Positions 24,632 to 31,113 of a DNA stretch of 31,113 nt are shown here, piece after piece (within the stretch, counting starts at the first letter, position 1; each line of letters opens with the position of its first letter). The translations under genes and the position numbers were made by a program. The DNA is from Nitrososphaerota archaeon (GTDB lineage: Archaea; Thermoproteota; Nitrososphaeria; Nitrososphaerales; Nitrosopumilaceae). The notes below the pieces were generated by a model, which saw only the letters and a program-made list of their open reading frames with translations, ran no database searches and was not told the origin of the DNA. The stretch is from positions 1-31,113 of the forward strand of contig JACZTB010000019.1 of the NCBI GenBank assembly GCA_022573895.1, written 5' to 3'.

Positions 24632-25955
24632 TTTAAGAAATTATATTTCTCAAATAAAAAATAGTAAAGATCTTAAAACTGTAAAAATAAAAGTTTCTAC
24701 AAAATTTGAGATTGCTGGAATCACTGCAAAAGTTGACGGTTTACATGCAGTTTTATTTGAAAATATCAAAGAAAGCAACTTTCGTTTAGTTGCTAATTTA
24801 GTGGGGACTCGAAAAAGATTTGCTCTGGCAGTTGGAAGTACAGAAGATAATATTCACGAAAAAATAATTTCAGCAATCAAAAAGGCTAAACAACCAAAAA
24901 TTATTTCTGCAGGAAAATTCATGGAAAACAAGTCAAAAAATCTTATTTCCTTGCCTATTGTAACTCATTTTGAAAAGGAATCTGGCCCATTTATCACATC
25001 TTCTATTGTTTATGTTAGGAATCCTGAAACTGGAAAACAAAATTCCTCTTTTCATAGATTAATGCCAATTGATAAAACTCATTTTTCTATTAGAATGGTA
25101 GAAGGACGTCATCTCCATCGATGTTTTGTTGATGCAAAAGAACATGGCGAAGATCTGAAAATTGCAATTACTGTTGGTGTGCATCCAGCAATTTCTATTG
25201 CAGGTGCATATCAAGCTGAATGGGGAAAAGATGAAATTGATATTGCAAATTCTCTTTTAAGCGGAAAATTAACTTTGGCAAAACTTCCTTTTACAGGATT
25301 GAATGTACCGTCAGGTGCTGAAATTGTAATGGAAGGAAAAATTCTTCGTGATGAAACTCACCGTGAATGGATGGTTGAAATGCTTCAAACATATGATCAT
25401 AAAAGATCTCAACCAGTTTTTGAACTTGAAAATCTGTATTTTAGAAATAATCCCATTTTTCATGATGTTCTATCTGGTTATTCAGAGCATAGATTACTAA
25501 TGGGAATGCCAATTGAATCCAAGTTAAATTGGGAATTGAAAAAAACTTTTCCTCAAACACTACAAGTCTCAATGACTAATGGTGGATGCAATTGGTTACA
25601 TGCTATTGTACAAATTAAAAAGAAAAGCAAGTCTGATCCTAAAAAAATAATTAAAAAAACATTTGATTCTCATCGCTCCCTAAAACAAGTAACTGTAGTT
25701 GATGAAGATATTGATCCTAATAGTGCAGAGTCTGTAGAATATGCCATGGCTACAAGATTTCAAGCGGATAAAGATCTGATTATTCTCAAAAATGTTCGTG
25801 GTTCTAGTCTTGATCCTTCTAGTGATCAACAGAAATTAAGAACTGCAAAAATGGGTATTGATGCAACCAGGTCCCTTTCAAAACATTCAGATGAATTTGA
25901 AATAGCAAAAATTCCAAAAATTGATAAAATCAAACTAGAGAAATATTTCAAATAA
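24624..25955 (+). CDS. UbiD-family (prFMN-dependent) decarboxylase; in archaea plausibly anhydromevalonate-phosphate decarboxylase
   Basis: The ORF is 443 aa. LRNYISQIKNSKDLKTVKIKV...AVLFENIKESNFRLVANLVGTRKR...GPFITSSIVYVRNPETGKQNSSFHRLM...GVHPA match the UbiD family pattern. The pathway assignment is inference. Confidence 0.85.
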   Translation: MADLRNYISQIKNSKDLKTVKIKVSTKFEIAGITAKVDGLHAVLFENIKESNFRLVANLVGTRKRFALAVGSTEDNIHEKIISAIKKAKQPKIISAGKFMENKSKNLISLPIVTHFEKESGPFITSSIVYVRNPETGKQNSSFHRLMPIDKTHFSIRMVEGRHLHRCFVDAKEHGEDLKIAITVGVHPAISIAGAYQAEWGKDEIDIANSLLSGKLTLAKLPFTGLNVPSGAEIVMEGKILRDETHREWMVEMLQTYDHKRSQPVFELENLYFRNNPIFHDVLSGYSEHRLLMGMPIESKLNWELKKTFPQTLQVSMTNGGCNWLHAIVQIKKKSKSDPKKIIKKTFDSHRSLKQVTVVDEDIDPNSAESVEYAMATRFQADKDLIILKNVRGSSLDPSSDQQKLRTAKMGIDATRSLSKHSDEFEIAKIPKIDKIKLEKYFK

Positions 25956-26072
25956 TTAAAGTCAACTGATTAAATTAAATCAGATGAATGAAAAAACGAT
26001 TAAAAAATCGTCAAAAATCGTAATTTGATTTTTATGGATCAATTTAAGAATAACAAACATAATCTTTAGTCA

Positions 26073-26486
26073 ATGTCTGAACAAGAAAAAACTAACGAGT
26101 GGGACTCATTATGGCAACAATATACAAAATCTCTAGAGAATTGGAAATCACTCTTTGAACAAATTCAGAATGCAAGTAATGATATGCAATCTAAATTCAA
26201 TCAAGTTTGGGACAAGGCTACTGTTGAATCAAGCTCCGAAACCATGAAATTATTTGGAGAAAATTGGCAAAAAGCCATGAATGATGTGGGAATGAAATCC
26301 TTGAAGGAATTTAGTGAAAATTGGCAAAAAGCTCTCAATGATTCTAATGCTTCTGTTTTCAAACAATTTGCTGAAAATTGGCAAAACACTCTAAGTTCAT
26401 CTGGATTAGAACAAATGCAAGCGTATGGTGAAATGATGAAAAAATTTGCCGAAACTTGGAATTCTATGTGGCCAAGATCCCAATAA
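26073..26486 (+). CDS. Trp-rich helical-repeat protein A (19-aa F-x-E-N-W-Q-K-A repeats), unknown function
   Basis: The ORF is 137 aa with the repeats KLFGENWQKAMND / KEFSENWQKALND / KQFAENWQNTLSS / KKFAETWNSMW. It is a paralogue of the minus-strand ORF at 28401-28634(+). Confidence 0.8.
   Translation: MSEQEKTNEWDSLWQQYTKSLENWKSLFEQIQNASNDMQSKFNQVWDKATVESSSETMKLFGENWQKAMNDVGMKSLKEFSENWQKALNDSNASVFKQFAENWQNTLSSSGLEQMQAYGEMMKKFAETWNSMWPRSQ
26259..26387 (+). repeat. 57-bp-periodic intragenic repeat (GAAAATTGGCAAAAAGC core)
   Basis: Exact 17-mers lie at 26259-26275 and 26316-26332. A 15/17 copy starts at 26373. These encode the 19-aa protein repeat. Confidence 0.8.
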
Positions 26487-26524
26487 TTTCCTAACGAATA
26501 AAAACTTGATTTAGACATTATTTT

Positions 26525-27193
26525 ATGATGACAATTACTCAGAGTGAATGCTTTATTGAACTATCTAGTTTTGAAGATTTAGCAAGATATGCCTGTGCAT
26601 TTAGAGAATTTCCAAGAAGAGTATATACTCAAGAATTTGATGGTTCAAGAATTATTTCAAGTGGTTTAACTCTTGCAAATACTTTATTGATTTTTTATGC
26701 CCAAATGCCAAAATCTGGCAGATATATTTCATATCAAGTTAATGCAGGAAAAGAAATTTGCGAAATTGTAGAATCTACAAAAAACATCTCAAATTATGCA
26801 CCTATTGTACATATGGAATCAAAGATTTCTTCATTATCTGTAAAAACCAAAAAAATTCCTGATCAGTTTCATCCAATTCAAGTTAAAGATTTGGGAAGTT
26901 TAGCACGATTAACATATGATCCTGAGTTCCCAGATGAACAAAATCTTACTTTATACACATTACCTCACAAAAATTCTTGGGTAATAGGATACATTACACA
27001 ATTAGATATGGATGACATAATCTATAATTTCAATTATGTTGAATTAGATTCTGAACCTACCAAGCATTTTATAAAATATCAGGGAAATCAAGGACGAAAT
27101 CCAGAATTTTCAGATCGTTTTGATCATGGATATTCGTATTTACCAATCATCAAAATTAAGAATGAGCATACAATCTTTGGATTTTCAGATTAA
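26525..27193 (+). CDS. Hypothetical protein (222 aa), no family recognised
   Basis: An ATG-ATG start lies 38 nt after the previous gene, which is probably co-transcribed. The composition is protein-like and the ORF is long for this AT content. No motif is identifiable by eye. Confidence 0.7.
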   Translation: MMTITQSECFIELSSFEDLARYACAFREFPRRVYTQEFDGSRIISSGLTLANTLLIFYAQMPKSGRYISYQVNAGKEICEIVESTKNISNYAPIVHMESKISSLSVKTKKIPDQFHPIQVKDLGSLARLTYDPEFPDEQNLTLYTLPHKNSWVIGYITQLDMDDIIYNFNYVELDSEPTKHFIKYQGNQGRNPEFSDRFDHGYSYLPIIKIKNEHTIFGFSD

Positions 27194-27202
27194 ATTTTAA
27201 AA

Positions 27203-27886
27203 CTATTTCCACATCGTTAATTCTTTTATTTTCTTTCTTGATTCTTCAACTAATCGTTTCATAACTTGGATGTAAATTTCGGCTGCATATACAATTTCAA
27301 TATCTTTGTATTCTTCAATATCTAGAAATGTAGATGCTATAACCTGATTTTTTCGTACTTTAGGCTCATTATTTTTATTTCTTTTATTATTTATGATTTC
27401 TAAAAATATTGGTAATTGTCTTTTGATTTCAATTTCTAATTCTTCTTTTGAACATAATTTTTCATGACTCAAATTTACTTTAATCTGTTGACAAGTATCA
27501 TCTTTATATCTACTTGATGCCATGATCATGATTTTAATCTTAGGTAGTTTTTCAAATTTGTTCTTGAATTGACAGATTTTTTTAATGAAATTTGGATATG
27601 GATTTTCATGTTCCTGATTGTATTTGATTGAATACCATTCTGAAAATTTAATTGCATTTTGATCATTTTTCATTTTTGCTTTTCTATAAAAATTTTTTTG
27701 TGAAATCTTTTCTGAAATAAATAACCCAAAATCTGTATTTCCTTCTTCAAAAATTCCATTAAATGTGTCATTTACAGAATTGATGTATTGATTAAAAAAA
27801 TAATTTACATAGTAAGGATCAGGATCGTATTGTTTAATCTGTTTTAGATATATCTCACAGTTTTTTATCGTTTTTTCAATATTCAT
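27203..27886 (-). CDS. Hypothetical protein (227 aa), no family recognised
   Basis: The start ATG shares one base with the upstream gene's TAA (TAATG on the minus strand). The protein is Lys/Asn/Tyr-rich and helical, with no catalytic motif recognised. Confidence 0.7.
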   Translation of the reverse strand: MNIEKTIKNCEIYLKQIKQYDPDPYYVNYFFNQYINSVNDTFNGIFEEGNTDFGLFISEKISQKNFYRKAKMKNDQNAIKFSEWYSIKYNQEHENPYPNFIKKICQFKNKFEKLPKIKIMIMASSRYKDDTCQQIKVNLSHEKLCSKEELEIEIKRQLPIFLEIINNKRNKNNEPKVRKNQVIASTFLDIEEYKDIEIVYAAEIYIQVMKRLVEESRKKIKELTMWK

Positions 27887-28266
27887 TAGTCTTTGCTAGA
27901 TTCAAAAGTTACATATTTTGATCGTGCTTTCAAACTTGTTGCTAATTCTTTGAAAATTTCATTTACACTAACATCAACTAGATTAATGGTTGCATTTTCC
28001 TTTACTATTTGTTTTTCAAATTTTTCTTTAATTGCAAAAGATACTGATGACCAATGTAAAGTTCCTTTCAATTGTTCTTCAACCGTGATATTTGTTGTTG
28101 GGAAATTTGCTGGCGAGAAAACAATTCCATTTGTCCATTGCATTGTGGGAATTCCTCCACCTGATGTTTTTGTACTAAACGCTATTTGTTTTACCCAATC
28201 ATCAAATTTGTATTCAATTACTTCATGAATAACCAATTTTTTCCATGGTTCTATAGAGATTTCCAT
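27886..28266 (-). CDS. Hypothetical protein (126 aa), no family recognised
   Basis: ATG 28266 opens a 126-aa ORF. The composition looks like mixed beta/alpha (..IPTMQWTNGIVFSPANFPTTNITVEEQLKGTLHW..). It is coupled to the 227-aa ORF. Confidence 0.7.
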   Translation of the reverse strand: MEISIEPWKKLVIHEVIEYKFDDWVKQIAFSTKTSGGGIPTMQWTNGIVFSPANFPTTNITVEEQLKGTLHWSSVSFAIKEKFEKQIVKENATINLVDVSVNEIFKELATSLKARSKYVTFESSKD

Positions 28267-28400
28267 TTGATCATGGTACTCTTAAACCAATTATAATCTT
28301 ATTTTTTCAGCCTAATTTGCTCTATTTATCACTGTTAAGTTTTCCAAATTAAAAAAATGAACAAATGTGAAATCTTTTCTAAATTTACAATTTTACAGAA

Positions 28401-28634
28401 TCACATCTGTTTTGATTGCCATGCCTGATTAAATTTTTTGATGGCTTCTTGGTATGCCATAATTGAATCGTCACCTGATGTTTTAAGAAATTTTTCCCAC
28501 TGCTCATTGAATTTTTTGATTGATTTAATATTGGTTTCTTTGAAAATATTTTCAATCATATTTGATTGTTGTTTAATATATTCAGGGCCAATTTCTTCCC
28601 ATGTATTCTCCCAACTTGAAGTTACTTTTTTCAA
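28401..28634 (-). CDS. Trp-rich helical-repeat protein B (paralogue of 26073-26486); reading frame stays open and homologous-looking up to 28898
   Basis: The track ORF starts at TTG 28634. KKFNEQWEKFLKTSGDDSIMAYQEAIKKFNQAWQSKQ aligns with KEFSENWQKALND...MQAYGEMMKKFAETWNSMW of protein A. The upstream 88 codons encode a further W-repeat (EFEKVWTKYNIALTGWKESLAQWQKATNE) and a Lys-rich tail. Confidence 0.75.
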   Translation of the reverse strand: MKKVTSSWENTWEEIGPEYIKQQSNMIENIFKETNIKSIKKFNEQWEKFLKTSGDDSIMAYQEAIKKFNQAWQSKQM

Positions 28635-29327
28635 TAATTCCGCATCTGTTTCTAATGCTTTTTGACATGCATCATTATATGCTATTAGAGTTTCATTTGT
28701 AGCTTTTTGCCACTGTGCAAGAGATTCTTTCCAACCAGTTAACGCAATATTGTATTTTGTCCATACTTTTTCAAATTCTAGTTTTTTTGTTGATGGTTTA
28801 GATTGTTTTTTTGGTCTAGCAGATGTTTTTTTGTTTGATTTCTTTTTATGAATGCTTTTTTTCTTGGTAGTTACATAATAGTTTGAAAATAGTAGATGTT
28901 AAATCTTTTAATAATTTCAAAGTTTGAAAAATCTAATAGATTTTCATTGAAATCCTGATGCTTTGATAAAATTTGTAAGATACTTTTTGTCCTTATTTTT
29001 GAATAATTTGTAGTGCTCTTTGCATAGATTTCTCGTTTCTTTAAAACTAATTTTTACTGTTTCTGTTGCTTTTAACTTACACTTTGATATACTACATCGC
29101 AATATAGTAAATAATCCGTATTATCTAATAAAACTTTGAAATTATGTTATTACCTTCTGTAAACCATTACTAACACAGCAATTAACCTCTACCTTTTTGT
29201 AAGATTTGGATATTTTGTACATCAATGCAAGAATCTACTACTGACAACGAGAGGAAATCTCTCAGAGTTCTACAATTAGGGGTAGCGCCTTTGATATTTT
29301 CTTTTTCATCTCATGCATTTTTTCAGA

Positions 29328-29642
29328 CTATCTGGAAAACAGTCTTGCAAGAAATGAACTCTTTTTTACTACAGGCGTATACATCTCTGTACTTTCTGCA
29401 TCTTTTCTATCAATGATTTCATCTAATTCTTCGTTTGAAATTAGCGTCCTTGAATCCTTTTCTTTTTGTTTTGCATCTGTATTACCTTTGAATCTCTCTA
29501 TCCTCTGTTCAAGTTGGTCATTCATTGACTCTAAAAATCTTATGTCCGTCTTGTAAAGTGGTTCGTTCTTCTCTATACAACTAAGGATAAATTTTAGTCT
29601 GCCTTCATCTCCCATTCCTGTATTCAAAAGATCAGTTGCCAT
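29328..29642 (-). CDS. Hypothetical protein (104 aa; helical/coiled-coil)
   Basis: ATG 29642 is preferred; the track's TTG 29657 would add 5 aa. The sequence is MATDLLNTGMGDEGRLKFILSCIEKNEPLYKTDIRFLESMNDQLEQRIERF... with no family recognised. It is preferred over the overlapping + strand ORF 29225-29416, whose sequence is low-complexity. Confidence 0.5.
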   Translation of the reverse strand: MATDLLNTGMGDEGRLKFILSCIEKNEPLYKTDIRFLESMNDQLEQRIERFKGNTDAKQKEKDSRTLISNEELDEIIDRKDAESTEMYTPVVKKSSFLARLFSR

Positions 29643-29965
29643 TGTTTTGTGGTTCAATTTTTTATCTTATCTGCTTTGAATTAATATTCTTTCTTTTTTT
29701 ACTATTTGATACGAACTGTTAACAGCTTATGCAAACTGGAGTTGGATTTTAGTAAAGGATCAACTTTTCTTCTCTAGTCTTCTTTTCTCATCACATCAAG
29801 AAAATACAAAGATGAATTTGATAAATAATGTCCACAGACGGGTTATAGAGTATCAAATCAAGCAACTAAAGAACGAACTCGCAAAATTCGAGGAATAATT
29901 CTTCCTCTTTTTTATTCCAACAAACAAACTACTGTATTATAATGTGGATTAATGTAACTTTCTAC

Positions 29966-29995
29966 GAGTAAAACGGGGGGCTTCTATTTTTACTC
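29966..29995. other. Perfect 8-bp inverted repeat GAGTAAAA-(14 nt, contains G6)-TTTTACTC in non-coding DNA
   Basis: Read directly from the sequence. The G6 run in the loop stands out in this AT-rich non-coding stretch. Confidence 0.3.
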
Positions 29996-30175
29996 TTTGT
30001 CGATGAACTCATTCACATTTCATAATCCTATACAAGATTACGTATTTTGTACCATGTAATAATATCATTGAATTTTTAGTCTACCTTTTTCTACTTATAA
30101 CGAAGTTTATTTGGTGCAGGAAGTACAGATCAATAACTTATATCCATAAATCCTGACATTTTATGTGATTTCTAA

Positions 30176-30727
30176 ATGAGCTCTGATGAACATTCATCAC
30201 ACGATCTACTTCCAAAATTATATTTTGATATTAATGCATGGATGAGACCTTTTCAAGTGAAAAACAGTACTACACAACTAGAATCTGATGCAATATTGGA
30301 AATAATACGTAATCATCAAAGTTTTGCTATACATTCATCAGAATTTGAAACTAACTTTTTTGAAGGAACGCAACACAGTCATTCATTAAGCGATGCTAAG
30401 AAAAGTGCTTTTGCAAAAGCCTATACTATTTGTAAAAATGTAGTAATTGATTTAGACAAAAATGATCCTTACTGTTTTAATGAAATAAAAGAGTTTCATG
30501 ATAAAGTTTGTTTGCATGATCGTGAAGACAGATTTCATATTGTAATTGCTTGGATGAAAGAAATTGATTATTTTATCACTGCTGACCGTGAATTATTTTT
30601 AGATAGAAAAAATGATATTCAATTAACTTTAGCGTCAATGCATCATATTCTTGCTGACTCTAATTCTCATAAAATAGAGATATTAAACCCGAGGGAATTT
30701 GTTAGTCGTTTTATAAAGAACCCTTAA
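30176..30727 (+). CDS. PIN-domain protein (VapC-like ribonuclease toxin family)
   Basis: LYFDINAW carries the first Asp, ESDAILEII the Glu, and EDRFHIVIAWMKEIDYFITADRELF the D-x-x-H-x-x-x-A...F-I-T-x-D pattern typical of PIN_3-type domains. Confidence 0.7.
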   Translation: MSSDEHSSHDLLPKLYFDINAWMRPFQVKNSTTQLESDAILEIIRNHQSFAIHSSEFETNFFEGTQHSHSLSDAKKSAFAKAYTICKNVVIDLDKNDPYCFNEIKEFHDKVCLHDREDRFHIVIAWMKEIDYFITADRELFLDRKNDIQLTLASMHHILADSNSHKIEILNPREFVSRFIKNP

Positions 30728-30771
30728 TTTAATTTCAAATTATTACTACTTTAAGCTTAAATAGTGAGATC

Positions 30772-31113
30772 ATGAGTTTTACTAATATATTGACATATGA
30801 TTCTGATAAAAAAATGAAGGAATATGATGAACTAGTTAAAAAATTTGGTTTGGATAAAGCATTAGAAATCTTGAGTTCTACTGGCGACATCTATGATGGT
30901 GATGTAGTTGAAGATAAAAAGAATAAAATGATTCTTGATGATGAAACAATTAAGCGACTTGCTGGTCATTTGAAAGCTCCAGAAAAAATTGAAATCCATT
31001 TGCCTAGTAAAGAAGTAAGCATGATCATCACAGATGATGGTTCTATTACTATTTTCGAAACAGCTGATACTTCGAGCAGTCAAGAAATTCAAACAATAAT
31101 TCCACTAGATATA
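30772..31113 (+). CDS. Hypothetical protein, 3'-truncated by window edge
   Basis: It is not in the track because it has no stop in the window. ATG 30772 opens 114 stop-free codons running to the last base (MSFTNILTYDSDKKMKEYDELVKKFGLDKALEIL...). This frame is antisense to the track ORF 30862-31092. Confidence 0.6.
   Translation, partial: MSFTNILTYDSDKKMKEYDELVKKFGLDKALEILSSTGDIYDGDVVEDKKNKMILDDETIKRLAGHLKAPEKIEIHLPSKEVSMIITDDGSITIFETADTSSSQEIQTIIPLDI

Noticed and set aside
26525-27193. A possible internal duplication in the 222-aa protein. The N-half ...FEDLARYACAFREFP... was compared with the C-half ...LGSLARLTYDPEFP....
   Set aside because: Only short LAR / EFP matches are visible by eye. 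That is too weak to claim without a profile or structure comparison.
29225-29416. The + strand 63-aa ORF overlapping the 3' end of the minus-strand ORF 29328-29642.
   Set aside because: It is short with no motif, and its sequence is hydrophobic and low-complexity. The minus-strand frame is longer and more protein-like. Neither call is strongly supported.
30862-31092. The minus-strand 76-aa track ORF.
   Set aside because: It is antisense to a 114-codon stop-free + strand frame starting at ATG 30772. That + frame has a more normal composition and runs to the window edge.
1-31113. A search for CRISPR arrays, IS elements and transposases, integrases, tRNA-fragment att repeats and rRNA.
   Set aside because: I found no regularly spaced direct repeats beyond the short ones listed, and no transposase- or integrase-like translation in any track ORF. 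The 3' part of tRNA-Gly is not repeated elsewhere in the window.

Overview
This is an AT-rich, very gene-dense archaeal chromosomal segment. The gene content includes TFE, aTrm56, Nep1, RNase P Rpp21, S19e, aNAC, GTP cyclohydrolase III, a thiolase+DUF35 pair and a B12-type class II RNR. TTG and GTG starts are frequent. Together these suggest a marine ammonia-oxidising thaumarchaeon (Nitrosopumilus-like); that taxonomic call is inference only. I can support about 41 CDS, one tRNA-Gly(UCC) and a few short repeats and palindromes. I saw no rRNA, CRISPR array, IS element or integrase. From 1 to 26 kb the content is housekeeping: the tail of a mevalonate-pathway thiolase/DUF35 module, an RNR locus, translation and RNA-processing genes, an MDR reductase/CitE-like/TPR operon, a tightly coupled riboflavin operon, ALDH, TFE-Trm56-HflX, a PhoU-like regulator, NAC, and a UbiD-family decarboxylase. 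From 26 to 31 kb the window looks accessory. Two inverted paralogous Trp-rich repeat proteins bracket three unassignable ORFs, followed by about 1.3 kb of low coding density and an orphan PIN-domain gene. The best leads are: (1) A deaminase-type amidohydrolase is translationally coupled between GTP cyclohydrolase III and the archaeal pyrimidine reductase. It is a candidate for the unassigned archaeal riboflavin-pathway deaminase, or for an ArfB substitute. (2) A wHTH + ATP-cone + NrdD-like protein lacks the glycyl-radical tail and sits directly upstream of nrdJ, with operator-like repeats between them. It is a candidate archaeal NrdR analogue. (3) The mirrored Trp-repeat cluster at 26.0-28.9 kb. 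(4) Two ORFs each have an 88-codon, stop-free, protein-like upstream extension that lacks any ATG, GTG or TTG. All function calls come from reading the translations by eye; no database search was run.
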